Shown: piece after piece, positions 1 through 13,269 of the stretch
Layout: every line of letters starts with the position of its first letter
Numbering within the stretch: position 1 is the stretch's first letter
From: Antechinus flavipes
Taxonomy: Eukaryota
Length of the DNA stretch: 64,000 bases
Assembly (NCBI RefSeq): GCF_016432865.1
Contig: NC_067400.1
Span: 177,816,001 to 177,880,000 of the forward strand
Direction: 5' to 3'
Translations under genes and position numbers: made by a program
Notes under the pieces: model-generated
Told to the model about the DNA's origin: nothing
The model's input: the letters and a program-made list of their open reading frames with translations, nothing else
Databases searched by the model: none

Positions 1-145
1 ATTCTCAAAAACAGGACATTGAGTTTTGGATACTTGTAATAATATATAAACACAAGTTTTTGCATTTGAGGCAAGTCTAGAATCAATTTTCTTCCCTGTA
101 GTGATGAAATCTACAGTAATCCCTTTTATGTTTTCATATTTGTAG

Positions 146-205
146 GGTTGGCAAAACGTGTTGGAGCACGTCTTCTTCTGGCCTCCACTTCAGAAGTATA
201 TGGAG
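146..205 (+). CDS. UXS1: UXS1 coding exon (first in window; upstream exons lie outside)
   Basis: tgtag|GG TTG GCA AAA...TAT GGA G|gtaag; 60 nt; translates (G)LAKRVGARLLLASTSEVYG, which includes the SDR catalytic Thr/Glu motif STSE. Confidence 0.97.
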
Positions 206-1149
206 GTAAGACAGTGGCAACTTGTCTCTTAGGGTCAGTGGGAGCCTTCACTTGTCAGAACTTTATAAAAATTTTGGTAGGAGAATTTTAAGGTTGAATT
301 TTGAGGTTTCATCTCAGAAGAAGAACCTGCAGTTTCTATTATAGTTTTATCTCTTTTTGGTCACAGGTGAGTATTTGACAGTCACCCCCAAAATAGTCTT
401 GTGACCAGAAGGGATTTAATTTTTAAATGAGTCAGGAGTATCACTCATGTAGATTTCATCATTCCCAGTCCTAAAAGAGGAGAGCCAAATGAGCAAGGAA
501 CCTGTTTTAGAATAGAAAGCAGGAAGAGAATTTTAATGTCCATAGCTTCTCACGAATCCTTCATCTCTGAGACTCCTTCTGCTGTACTTTTTTCTTGTTT
601 CCCCTAACTCTCCTTGTTTGTACCCTTTTACTACTTCCTTGACTCATTTCTGGAATGAAGTGAAAAGAGGAGACTAAAAATAAAATAAGATGGAGAGGTT
701 GTATATGTTTATTTGCTTAATAAAAACCTAATAATAATGGGAATTTGCCTTTAAACATCATGTTCACAAATGAGATAGGAGAACCTAAATCTATCTCTTC
801 AGGCATTAGCAGTAAATCTGGCTTCTTCTTGGTAGCCTTTTAATCTGTGGACATTGGCATGGGCTGGATACTAATGAGCATCATTTTAACTAAAAGCTTA
901 TTTTATCTTCCATCATTCCAGTCTTAATAATGACTTTTTCCTTCCAGTCTATTGCCCTATATTGGTATTCCTTTATCTATTACTTTGGACAGTACCAGCA
1001 TCTGTCATATTTTCTTTCCTCTGGTATCAGGTTACCTGTTTTCTCAGCATATTTTTCTAAAATTTTTTTTCCATAAATAAACTATTTGTTTTAGCAGGAG
1101 AGAAAGGATTAAAACTCAGCTCCAAGAAGGAATACATCAACTGCTTTTT

Positions 1150-1384
1150 TTCTTCTTCTCCTGTTCTCCTCATAATCCAATTTGGGGTTTTCTTGGCAAA
1201 GATACTGGAGTGGTTTGCCACTCCATTTCCTTTTCCAGCTTATTTTACAGATGAGGCAAGCAGGATTAAGTGACTTTGCCAGGATACATGTCTAGTAAGT
1301 GTCCGAGGTCAGATTTGATCTCAGGAAGAGAAGTCTTCCTGACTTCAGGCAATACTCTTATCCACTGTGCCATCTAGCTGCCCC
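1150..1384 (-). mobile_element. CORE-SINE (MAR1/MIR-type)
   Basis: Reverse complement starts ggggcagctagatggcacagtggataag (tRNA-derived head), then the core and ccactccagtatctttgccaagaaaaccccaaattgg tail. Confidence 0.8.
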
Positions 1385-2258
1385 TTATGTGCTCTAAGAT
1401 ATCTACAAGAGCACATCCCAAAAATCTATCACATAAAATGTGTTACCTTCTAATAGCATACTCATCAACATTTCCCCAGCCCTACCATTGTCACAACAGT
1501 GATATATCTAATTGAAAGACTATAAGAGGGAGTTGCGTTTTAAATTCACAGTAAAATTATCCTCCGTTTAGTTCTACACTAATGTTTCTTTGTTATGTAG
1601 TGTAGAGGTGACGCTGGGTTCCCAAAGGCTAAACTAGAGGAAAGCAGTAAAGCTGCTTCTCCTACGCTGGAAGGGTTTCAAATATAAACCTAGCAACAGA
1701 CTGTATCTCTGTCTTCTGGAGACCAGATTAGCAATTTGGAGCTGCTGCTCATCATCAGGTTGGTTTCAAAGATGATGAATTATTTTGACCATAGCAACTC
1801 ACAAAGAGTATATTTACTAGAGCATAGAGGAAGATCTACACCGTTGACACTATAGCATTGCAATATATTTTAAGTAAACACAGCATATGTGCAAGGCATT
1901 GAATATCAAAAAGAATCCAGTTTAGGTTTAGGGCAAGATTGGAAGTCTTTGTGGTGTGTTAAGTCATGGTGCTATTCTGAATGAAGTACTGGAAAACTAT
2001 GCAGATGCTACATAAAGAGAGAGTAAGGTAATCTGGAACACATCTGCTACCTAAACAGTACTACCACCCACCCAAAATAAAGTCTATGTATATTTTTTAT
2101 TATTTTGCATTCCAGGGAAAGAATGTTACCAGCTCTTTCTCAGAAGCTCAAGGATACTATACCTTTCTTCTTTGTTGATTTGCTTCTTGGTACACTGAGA
2201 CACTGAAATGTTCTATCTTCACTACACAACTTTCCTCCCTTTCCTCTTATTTTATCTT

Positions 2259-2390
2259 ATTGTTGTTGAGGCAATTGGAGTTAAGTGACTTGCCCAGATA
2301 GAAAGTATTAAGTGTCTCGGGCCGGATTTGAACCCAGGTCCTCCTGACTTCAGGGCTGGTGCTCTATTCACTATGCCACCTAGTTGCCTC
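2259..2390 (-). mobile_element. Short marsupial tRNA-SINE (WSINE1-like) with TSD
   Basis: Reverse complement has the head, gacctgggttcaaatccggcc, and cttaactccaattgcctca end; flanked by direct repeat ttattttatctt (2247-2258, 2391-2402). Confidence 0.85.
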
Positions 2391-4305
2391 TTATTTTATC
2401 TTTCTTTCTCATCCCTCTCTCATCTCTGAAGAAACATGGAAACATTGTCTGTTTTGTTTGAATAAATGATGAACTGACTGGCTGCTCTCCCTTTAAATTG
2501 TCAGATGTTCTCTTCCTCAAAGACAAAGGCAGCAAAATATCTTAAAACACTATGTCCAAGAACTGTGCTTTCCCTTCCAAGCTAGTATGTCCCGTGGGCT
2601 TAGCACTGTTTTAAAAGATTAAAATATGAAGCGACCTTCCTTGTCCTATCCAAGATAGCATGCTCACAAAGCTCATATGCACCACCTTCCCTTTCTACTT
2701 GAATGACATATTTGATGGGAGTTTGTTTTTCATGAGATTGTGGAAAACAGTACATTTTCTGAAATTCACAAGACATTGCATTTCAGACTTAATTTTGTCA
2801 AAAAATCTTTCCTAAGTATTATTTATAGTGCCAAGATCTTTATGTGGTTGGGTACTCCTTTATTTGTATACCTTTACTTGAACCATAAATAACACAGAAA
2901 ACTATCTCATAAATGAATCTTTGATGTTGACAGCATTTATCTTGAATAGAGAAATCTTAAGTATACAAGGAAATATTCTTCTGGTATTTGGGATTGTTCT
3001 TTGTAACATGATCTTTTACCACTTGGTTATTCTGGGATGCACAAATACCTACCACCAAGAACTATTTTGAACATTGATGCTAGTGATAAAATTAATTGGC
3101 TCTTACTGCATGAAACAGGTGGGGATCTGTACAGGTAGAGGAAGCCCTAGGCAAAATTATGTTTATCTGTGTCCTTCTGAGAAACCACATAATTGTGTTC
3201 CTGTTTTGTTTTCTATATATGGAGTCCTTCCTTTTTGTGTCCCTATTTCCTTCTCTTTATTAAAACTTAATTTATAGGGGTAAAATCTGATTCATATCTT
3301 AATGTTATGATACTGTGTTCTTAAGGACACTGTGTTCTTTCCTAGAAGTATTCACAATATTTGTTATTTAATTGTGAAATGAGAGCCTTGTTTGTAGGTG
3401 ATCTTTTGTGTTCCAGTGATACCCTCTCAATAATTGTCTTTTGTCCATTTAAATAAAAAGTAAAAATGTAAATAATCACATAGTCTTTTAATATTTGATA
3501 CATGGTACATAAGTGATTGTTCAACAAGCCCTGGTTTTTTGTTTCCTTCTGACATACATTTGAACATTTTTACATTCATTCTTATGAACTTGCAATGTTC
3601 CTATAAGAAAGATTTCAAATTTTATTTTTATTTGTATTTTCTTTTATTCCCATTTATTAGGTAAGAAACTGAGAATCAAGTTAATTTGGCTAAGAGCATA
3701 CAATTAGCAAGTGGAGGCACCATGGCTTAAAGTTAGTCTTCTGATTCCAAGTCCAGCTTTCTTTACCTTGTACTTGTAGATTACTTCCTAAAGGTAGCCC
3801 CCTAAGACAAAGACATCAGAAATATTTTTTATGTTATCATTTTAAACTCCATGGAAAACCCATAACATTTGTGATCACAGATTTTCATTTAGAAGTTTAG
3901 CTTTCTGTACAGAGCTTTAAGAAGAATGATTCCCTCTAGAAAGATATATAAAATAAATATATGGCATGATAATTTCTGTTACCAAAAACAAAAAAATCTT
4001 TTATGAAATAATTTATTTTATTATTAAAATGTTTAATACATTCATCCACATTCAGGAATATAGAAATTGTATCCAAAGGGAAGGAATTTGTACTAGACCA
4101 TTTAAAACTTATTTGTCCTATCCCATTTCTTCAATGTTCTACCTTGCTTATATATTCCTTGTATTTCAGATAAATCTCAATATAAAAATTCTTCCACACT
4201 CTCCCTTTTTCTTTTTTTCTAACTCCCATTTTCAAAGTGAATTTATCTTGTTTGTAAGCTTGAAATGAAGTAAAAGAAAAACTATTTCTTATTTCCCTCT
4301 AATAG

Positions 4306-4427
4306 ATCCAGAAGTACACCCCCAGAGTGAAGATTACTGGGGCCATGTAAATCCAATAGGACCTAGAGCCTGTTATGATGAAGGAAAGCGTGTGGCGGAG
4401 ACTATGTGTTATGCCTATATGAAACAG
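4306..4427 (+). CDS. UXS1: UXS1 coding exon
   Basis: aatag|AT CCA GAA...AAA CAG|gtatg; 122 nt; [41 protein letters not shown] with the SDR YxxxK motif (YDEGK); phase matches previous exon. Confidence 0.98.
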
Positions 4428-5309
4428 GTATGCCCTTGGTTTCCTACAATACTTTTTAGTACTTGTTTCCTTCATTTGGATTTATTTTATTTACTAAGCA
4501 TGTATCATTCAGACTATGTTTAGTTTAGGAAACTGATCTTTTGGGGTAGACATGTGAAATTAATTTAGTCAGTAGGAGAAAAGATGTTTTTTCATGTTGA
4601 TATTTGATGGAGCTGCTTCTGGTTAGTTTCGATGTATTGTCTTCCTCTATGACTTGTGTTCAACATATTTAATGGATTGGGAGCCGGAAAGTGGTAGATG
4701 GTCGTTTTTGTTATTGTTTATTTTAAATTTTAAATATATCTGCAGCCTTTCCCTGTAGGAAAAAGTCTGCAGACTTTGGGAGAAATGCACTATATTCCAT
4801 TGTCCCTTTGTGAGTGGGATGCACTGGCTTCCTCACCTTCCAAGTCTTATACCCTTACTCAGCTTCTTTCATGTTTTTAAAATCTGCTATGATGCCAGCC
4901 ACCTTATCTGAGTTTCAGAGCTCTGAACAGTTGCCTATAGCCTCAGGACTAAAGTGTCTCCCCTTGATGTTGTTACTTTAGAACTAGAACTCACTGGTAT
5001 GCTTGCAAATTTCAGCAGTGATGCTACATTGCCATGTAGGTAATGTCAAGTGGATGTATGCAGAGAAATCTCAAGTTCAAATTATGTAGCTTTCTTTCCT
5101 TTTTAACATGCATTTCTTTTTCTCTCTCAGAAACCTCTTTATAATGAATAAATCCTGCCTTAATGTATACTTCCAGTCATGTTAAAATTAAAGAGAGGTG
5201 GAACATTATGATTGCACCTTCAGAAACTAGTATTTAGAAAACTGCATTAAATTTTTGGGCCAGAATGAATGAGCATAGATTTAAAGTTGAAAGAGACTTT
5301 AGAGAATTA

Positions 5310-5490
5310 ACCTGTCAATTGTATACCTAGCATGTAGCATAGTGCCTGGTACATAGTAAGCATATTATTATAATAATTAATAAATTCTTGGTGATTGATA
5401 CTTTTTTTTGCCAGTTCAATTCAACATTTAATTATTTAGCACCTACTACAGGCAGGGTACTATGGTGAATACTGGGGATACAAACAAAAA
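5310..5490. mobile_element. Two L2 3'-end fragments, tail to tail
   Basis: agcatagtgcctggtacatagtaag...ttaataaa (+) followed by ttcaattcaacatttaattatttagcacctact (-), typical L2 termini. Confidence 0.55.
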
Positions 5491-5679
5491 ACTAATTAGA
5501 TGCTACCATCAGGGTATTGAAGTGGGAAAAAAAAAAAAAACCATAGATCTTGCCCTTGTGATTTTAGTATCATTTAGTATTATTATTGGTTATGTTGTTA
5601 AAGATTCAAAGAATCTTATCTCAGTACCTAAGGCTGGTCAATTCTTCCTCCCCTACATACCACATTGTTTTGCATATAT

Positions 5680-5885
5680 TTTTTATTTATTTATCAGTGT
5701 ACATGTTGCATTTATCCACAATAAAATGGGACCAGTTTCTTTTATAGATGAGGAAACTGAGGCAAACAGAGTTAAGTGATTTGCCCAAGTTCGCACAGAT
5801 AGAAGTATTTGGTATCAAATTTGAACTCAGGAAGCTGAATCTTCCTGACTCCAGGCTTCTTATTCTCTCCACTACATTACCTAAT
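5680..5885 (-). mobile_element. CORE-SINE (MAR1/MIR-type)
   Basis: tttatagatgaggaaactgaggcaaacagagttaagtgatttgcccaag...tttgaactcaggaag...cttcctgactccagg. Confidence 0.8.
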
Positions 5886-7064
5886 TTAGATATATTAGGC
5901 TCTTAATTCATGCTTATTAAATTGGATTGGCTATCCAATCTGACTTCTCCCTTCCCCCAATTCTAAGGTCTCATGGCTACTCTAGTTAGGCTAGATTAAG
6001 AAACAGGCTTAGTGAGATAAAATTATTTTTTCCCAGTCTTCTGGATAATGCATTATCTATCATAACTAAAGGAGTGCCATGGTTATGGCCAGAACCAATA
6101 CTAAACTCTCCTTCTCACTCATATTTTTTTATCCTACACATGTGCCTAGAACATCTGAACTAGGTCACTGCAGAGTAATGAAGCATGTGCTGGGGGGGAG
6201 AAGGGGTGGGAGAGAAGAGAGGACGTTTAGACTAGTACCTAGCTTTTAAAGAAATCAGAATCATCTATGTGTGGCAGCCACAATAATTTGACTATTCCGA
6301 AAGTAAATGGCCCATAGCCTGCATTTACATAACATTTGTTACCACTTCTCATGCTGAAGATCCATAACAAAGTTGCCCTAGAAATACCATCTGTTACTCC
6401 AAGCATTTAAGTTTTAATCAGCAAAGTTGTAGCTGTCTCCTCTACTAGGATATTTTTGGCTTTTGGGTTTCTTGTCTTAAACTTGAAACACAAAAAGTGC
6501 ATCTAATGATAGTAAAAAGTAAAGGTATTCAGTAGATTGTGATGGCTCCAGTTTAAAGAAAGATCAGAAAGGAGGCATGAATTCAATGGTAAACTTAATA
6601 CCATTGGAGCTTTTTTGTTCTAAAGTCATATATTCTCACAATTTTGGGTTATTCTGAAGCACAGGCATATCATTTAGAACACAAGTCCTTGTTTTATTGT
6701 AGAACACTCTAAATGATGTACAGGGCTGCCTTACTTTACACATCCAACATAAGATCATCTGCAGTTCTTTATGCCATGAAGCCTAGCCATGTTATCCATT
6801 GAGATTTCTTCTGAACAAGACCTTTCCTGATATTTTCCTTCCTTCTAGTTGCTAATTTGGAACTGGCTGAAATGCTTTAATATTTTTGGTTAATAAATAT
6901 TTCTCACCATATTCTTCACCCCTCCCCCATTATATTTAGTTTATTTAAAATTTTTATTTTCATTTTCTTAAATTTATCTTTCCATATACAGAAATCTACC
7001 TTCTCTCTTCTATGTCCTTCTGCCCACCTCCCCATTGAAAAAGAGAAAATAAATATGCAGGCAA

Positions 7065-7207
7065 GGGGCAGCTAGGTGGTACAGTAGACAAAGCAACAGC
7101 TCTGAAGTCAGGAGAACCTGAGTTCAAATCTGGTCTCAGACACTTAACACTTCCTAGTTGTATGATCTTGGGTAGGTCACTTAACCCCAATTGCCTCAGC
7201 AAAAAAA
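7065..7207 (+). mobile_element. WSINE1-like SINE inserted in an older L1-like 3' fragment (~6935-7290, -)
   Basis: ggggcagctaggtggtacagtagac...cctgagttcaaatctggtctcagacacttaacacttcctagttgt...ccccaattgcctcagc-A7. Confidence 0.88.
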
Positions 7208-9402
7208 TAGTTTGATAGATAAGCAAGTAGTCAAGCAAAACATACCTTTCTGAACAAGTCAAAAAATGTGTGTCTCCCTCTGTTTCTGCTGTATTTTATA
7301 TTTACTTATTCTTCTCCCCCATACCTCCTTGTGGGCAGAAATATTTTCATTTCTTTGCCTTTATAACCCTTATACCTAGCCCAGTGCTTGGAATAGAGTA
7401 AGTACTTTAAAATGCTTATTAAATGAGTGAATTTAAGAAAGAACAGGGGCTAAGGCTAATTGTTATATCTTATTATGACTTATCTCAACCTATGGCATGT
7501 GCCTGTATTCAACTGGGAGCAGCAGACATGGGGAGGATTCTGAAATCTGTTTCTGCCTCACTGTATTGGCTAACCATCAGCAAAATGTAGTAACTATTCT
7601 GAAAAACCAAATTTTTCAATGGCCTTCAGAAGCTTTTTGGTTTTTGTGTCTCTTATAGCTAATTGTTTTTTGTTTCCCCTTGACTCTTCAAAAGGGAAGC
7701 ATTCATTACAGGAAACTTAACCAATAACTGACATTAAGCCTGTTGGCTTAGAAACTACATTTAATATAATAAGCTTCCCTGAAGTTATGTGTAGCATCCT
7801 TATGAGGAAGACTAATTGTCCATCTTATTTTCAAGTTGCTGTCTTTCAGATGACCTGACAACTGCATACTCTCCTTTCAGACATTCAGTATTTGTTTTTC
7901 CCTTTATAAAAAATTGTAATGTCTAGAGTGAGATGCCAGTGACTCAAATTATTCCCCACAATGGTACATTCTGTACCCAAATGGGTACAGAACCCAAAAA
8001 TGAAAATTAGTCATTAGTAATAGTGATTCAGCCATGAACCTCCTGAATTACTGACTTGTGACTCCAAATCCTTGGTGAAGAATGTAAATTTACCAGAATT
8101 GTAGTCAGTAGGAGATCTGCCACTATAAAATAGGATTTGAGATATGATTCTGGAGAAGTCACATTTTGATCTTTTTTTTTTTTCACTTATTTTTGCCAGA
8201 AGATTTAAAATTGGGAAAGAACAAGAAAAAACTAAGTAGAGTTGTCAGCTCAGCATCACAAAATTAATTGAAGGAGTTCTAAGAAATGAGATTTACTGCT
8301 TTAAATTGGCCTGTAAAGATGATTTATCACTACGAGATATTTATTTATAGGAGATATGTTTTGAAGAATTTTTTAGGTAATTATGACAACATTCACAAAC
8401 TCATGTGATAAAGTAATCTTGAATGCTAGACTAAAAGTCAGGAAGATATGAGTTCCAATTCTGATTCAGATACTTAACTATGATGCCCAACATATTACTT
8501 ACCTAATTCAGTCTGTCTCGGTTTCTTCATTTATTAAAAAAGGAATATAATGCCTCCAGGGTTATTGTGAGATTAAAATGAGAATTCTTAGAGTGCTTTA
8601 TAAATTTTTTTTATTACATTTACCTACCCAGTAAATCCTTCTAGTAACTCTTCAGCCCAGGAGTTTATCTTATGGCCAAGAAACAGATATTCTCCTTTGT
8701 AAGCCTAATTATTCTACCTGGGTTCAAAATTGTAACCTTGACTTCCTAAAAAATCATCATGCCTTAATCATGAGTGAAAATTATACACTTCAGAGGGTCA
8801 ATTAAATTTTTTAAAAATTTTCTGCATAAATATATTTCTTTTAATTATTAGAAATGACACTGGAGAAGGTACAGGTAAGGATACAGTAAGAAATGTAAGT
8901 GAAAACAAATTTTATCAATAAATATTATTCTTTAAAAAGAGGGGATAATCTGTTAAACTTAGAGAAAATCACATTTATAGAGCAGAGAAGATGAGAAAAA
9001 TGCATTGAAATCACTGGGCCATTCAGAGGGAAGATTCTAATTTGAGCAAGTAGAAACTAGGAAGCTAGTTTTGAGATTAAATGATTTCCAAACTGAGCCC
9101 TAAAAATCAGGGTTCTACGTGACATAGTAAGTAAATGGACAGGAAATATGAAGCAGCTTCAGAAAAGCCTATATAGGATTTAATATTAGGATATTCTAAC
9201 CTCAGTAATTAAAAGTTCCCCTGAAAGCCTGAATGCTCAGAAAAACTGAGCTAATTTTACTTCATCTGTTGATAAAAGATTTAGAGCCTTTAATCCAAAT
9301 TTTAAAAAGCAACTATCCTTGAAGTATAGGACACCTAGATAGCACAGTGGATAGAGGGAGTCAAGAAGAATCCTCTTCCTAAGTTCAAATTTGGCTTCAG
9401 GC

Positions 9403-9857
9403 TGCTAAGTGAAATGAGCAGAACCAGGAGATCATTATACACCTCAACAATGATACTGTTTGAGGATGTATTCTGATGGAAGTGGATCTCTTCAATAAAG
9501 AGAACTAATTCAGTTTCAATTGATCAAAGATGGGCAGAAGCAGCTACACCCAAAGAAAGAACACTGGGAGATGAATATAAACTGCTTGCATTTTTGTTTT
9601 TCTTCCCGGATTATTTATACCTTCTGAATTCAATTCTCCCTGTGCAACAAGAAAACTGTTCAGTTCTGCACAAATATATTGTATCCAGGATATACTGTAA
9701 CCTGTTCAACATGTAAAGGACTGCTTGCCATCTGGGCGAGGGGGTGGAGAGTGGGAGGGGAAAAATCGGAACAGAAGTGAATGCACGGGATAATGCTGTA
9801 AAAAAATTACCCTGGCATGAGTTCTATCAATAAAAAGTTATTAAAAAAACAAAAAAA
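9403..9857 (+). mobile_element. 5'-truncated L1 (ORF2 end + 3'UTR + A tail) with 17-bp TSD, inserted in a CORE-SINE (~9333-10040)
   Basis: gctaagtgaaatgagcagaaccaggaga...caataaaaagttatt-A-rich tail; perfect TSD caaatttggcttcaggc at 9386-9402 and 9858-9874. Confidence 0.92.
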
Positions 9858-11639
9858 CAAATTTGGCTTCAGGCACTAGTTGTGTGATCCTGGGCAAGTC
9901 ACTTAATCCTGTTTGCCTCAGTTTGTTCATCTACAAAATCTGTTAAAAAAAAAAAAAAATCTGGAGAAAGAAATGGCAATCACTCCAGTATGATGTCAGT
10001 AAGATTCAGACATGACAGAAAAACTATTCAGCAACAACTGGCCTTAAAGTGCTGATATCTTGTCTCTTGAGGAAGAATAAGGACCACACATTATCATAAT
10101 AATAACATGAGGATAAGGCCAGACCACAATCATCTTTTTCTTAAGTCTCAGAAGTCATCAAGCCTCCTTTGCTTTAGGCCCCATAATTTTCCAAAGAACA
10201 GAAACCAAAAAGGAGAGATGTTTGTTTATTTATGAAAATTTTGTTTTCTATCAGTCATTTAGGTGTTTCAGTGGATAGAGTATTACAGTTAAAAAGACTT
10301 GAATTCAAGTCCTCCTGCAAATGGACTGATCCTGGCAAATCGCTTTACCTCTTTCTCCTAAGAAAATGGAGATCATAATATGAGGATCAAATGAAAAAAT
10401 GCTGTGATGGTAAAATGTGAATTCTGGTAAAGCCTTTCAAGCTGAAAGAAATATAGAATATTGACAATAAGGCAATAGAATATCGACAGTAAGATAATAG
10501 AATATTGAACACGCTTATATGGAGCATCAGCCTAACTTAATTCAACATATTCAATCAGGTTGGCTGCACAGTGATGAATTTTTAAAATAAGTAATAAGCC
10601 AAAATAAGACTAATTCTGGGGTCAGGACCTGAGTTCAATCTGAGTTGCTTTAAAGGATGACCTGCCTCCATCCTCTACTCTCTTAGAAGGCAGGTTTCTC
10701 TCCCTTCCCCATATCCCTGGGCTGTGATGGAAAGGGAATACTTACGGGACTCTGGATCTCAGTTTCTCATCTGTTTAAAAAGAAAAAAATGAAGATGTCA
10801 GATCACATGACCTCTAAGGTCTCTGCCAGCTAATAGATCTAGGAGCCTGTAGTGCTACTAAGCTTGATTTGTTGGAGATTTCATGGAAACTTGGTATGAC
10901 TTTTACTCTGTCAGGCACACTGGTTTGATTTGTGTAAACTTGCTGAGATTTTATATTCTATTCCTAGAATAAAGCTGCATTCACTGCTTGTTTCTGTGTT
11001 TCCTTCCCCCATTCTATTAATAAAACTGAAGTTGGTGACTTTAGAGTTATTTTCAATTGAGATCACCATCTCTAGCCCCCTTTTTATATCTTCTCTGACT
11101 TGTTTAGTGGGAAAAGGGTTTATTGTTTCTAGGCTACAAATAAAACCACAAGCCTTAGTCATCAACATTTGAGTACCCAGCAAGATAACAATATATTGTG
11201 TGCTGTGAAGAGTTTATATGTGTGTGTGTGCGTACATATGTGTGTGTACATGTATATGTAAATAAAATTTTTTTAAAGTAATTTTAAGGTCCTGGCTTTT
11301 AAGGAGTTTATAATGTGATGGAAGAAACACAATAAATATAAGGACTTTAAAACTTTATAAACCAACACTCTTAAGAAGTTGTGATACTGCCTGGGTTGAA
11401 GTTTATGCAATCTGAGGGGGAAAAAAAGAATTAATAGTGAATAGCAGGCTGGGCTTGGAATCAGAAAGAACTGAGGTTGATTCCTGCTTCAGTAAATCTC
11501 TTTTGCCAAATCATTTAACTCCATTAATTTGTCTCCAAGTTTTTTTTTTTAACCTGAAAAAAGGAAATAGTAACAGTATTAGGGAATTTCTATCATAAGA
11601 TGTTAGGATTTGGAGGAGTCTTAAAGATCATTAAGTCAA

Positions 11640-11766
11640 GGGTAGCTAAGATAGTCCTGGAGTCAGGAAGACCTGAGTTAAAATATGGTCTCAGACACTT
11701 AACATGCATTAGCTGTGTGACTCCAGGCAAATCACTTAATTTCAATCTCACTGAAAAGAAAAAAAA
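11640..11766 (+). mobile_element. WSINE1-like SINE (degenerate)
   Basis: gggtagctaag...ggagtcaggaagacctgagtt...tcagacacttaac...atcacttaat, A tail. Confidence 0.7.
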
Positions 11767-13125
11767 TTAATTTAGTCTAATCCTTTCATTTTACAAGTGA
11801 AGAAACTGAGGTCCATAAATCTTAAGTCACTTACCCATGATCTTTCTGGTAGCGAAGGGCAGAATTTGGATTCAGATTTAAGCATATATAATTCTGCTTT
11901 CAGCACTATTTCCACTTTTTTATTCTACTCTAGTCATTTTTATAGGTGAGAAAACCAAGGTTTAGAAAAAAAGTGACTTGCCTGAGATTAAACATCTTGG
12001 ACAACAGAATGTAATGAAGCTTTACCTGAAGCCCTTTGTATTATGCCTTCAAGAACATTTTTGTAAGTGAAGGCACTCTCTCTCATTCATAGGTAGATTA
12101 GACTATTTCCCTAAGTCTGCTTTGTATAAAAACTGGGAACTGCTAACTATGGCATTCTTAGCTCTGTAGTCACAACTTAAACCTTGCTGGTCTCTCCAGA
12201 AACAACAGAAATAGTATCAGCAGCTTCTTCACCATCCCACTCACAGCTACTAGCTGTGCTAGATTCTCTTGCTGTTCCTGCTGTTGATATTACTGCAGGT
12301 GGAGCTCAACAAGGTAATGAAAAAAAAAAGCCTTCCGAATTGCTTCAAGGAACTGCTTGTCTCCTTCCAGTCTCTCTGAGAGAGGAATATGACTGTCAGA
12401 ATCATCTATATCTCTCTCTCTCCTGCATCCCTGGGCTTAGTGAGGGGAAGGGATCCCCAGAAGACGTTCTCCCTTCCCAAATCGTTTGCAAGTATTTTAT
12501 TTGGTTCTGGAGGTCCACTCTTAGATATATGCCCCTTAGGATTATTGGTCATGGGGGAAACTTTCTAAAGCTTTATGTTAGAACAGAAAAAGAGATGTGG
12601 AAAAAGGCAGAGGAGGATAGAACCCCTGAAAATAGGAGTTTTCAGTATTTATAGTTGACTGAGGAGATATCCTAGAAGTAGACCAAAAGCAATCAGGATA
12701 GGACAAGGAAGAAAGCCCAATCTGAATCAGCAACTTCCTCTTCAGCCAATAAAATCCTATTAAAATTCATTCATTCAGCAAGCATTTATTAAATACACCA
12801 CTTATTCCAAGCAAGCTGAGGGGAAGGGAGATAGCCTAGATGAGTTTCATAGCTAGATTCCTCTTTCTGGGGATGTGAGACAGGAATGCAAGTTGTCCCT
12901 TAAAATATGCAAGCATATTTCACCTATCTTTGAACAAGCAATAGCTATATCTGGGGAGGCTAGCAGAGATAGCACTAGGCACCTTATTCTTGGGTCCCAG
13001 CATTCTTCTAAGTCAGATAGTATGGGGCAACTTTAAATTATCAAGGACTAGGAGGAAAAGACTATGCCTGGGATAGTTAGGGTTTGGGCTAGAGTTATGG
13101 CTGTGGGAATTAAGAGACAGATATA

Positions 13126-13269
13126 GGGGCAGCTAAGTGGTGCAGTAGAGAGAGCACCAGCCCTGAAGTCAGGAGGACCTGAGTTCAAATCTGATCTCAG
13201 AAACTTAACACTTCCTAGCTGTATGACCCTGGGCAAGTCACTTAACCCCAATTGCCCCAGCCAAAAAAA
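13126..13269 (+). mobile_element. WSINE1-like SINE
   Basis: Full head, body and A tail; degenerate TSD aagagacagatatag / agagagaaatgtag. Confidence 0.88.

Noticed and set aside
4428-4437. Donor gtatgccctt as a possible U12-type intron
   Set aside because: It deviates from GTATCCTT, and there is no TCCTTAAC branch site before the acceptor at 15123.
10454-10510. 2.5 copies of a 22-bp unit (also short duplications near 38320 and 62600) as a CRISPR-like or functional array
   Set aside because: These are head-to-tail slippage duplicates with no spacers, in a mammalian intron.
12184-12654. 156-aa ORF with an internal donor-like aag|gtaatg (12313) as a novel gene or cassette exon
   Set aside because: It starts at TTG and has no recognisable domain. 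Both nearby acceptors (12161, 12169) give in-frame stops in the phase-0 UXS1 frame, so it could at most be a poison exon, with no support.
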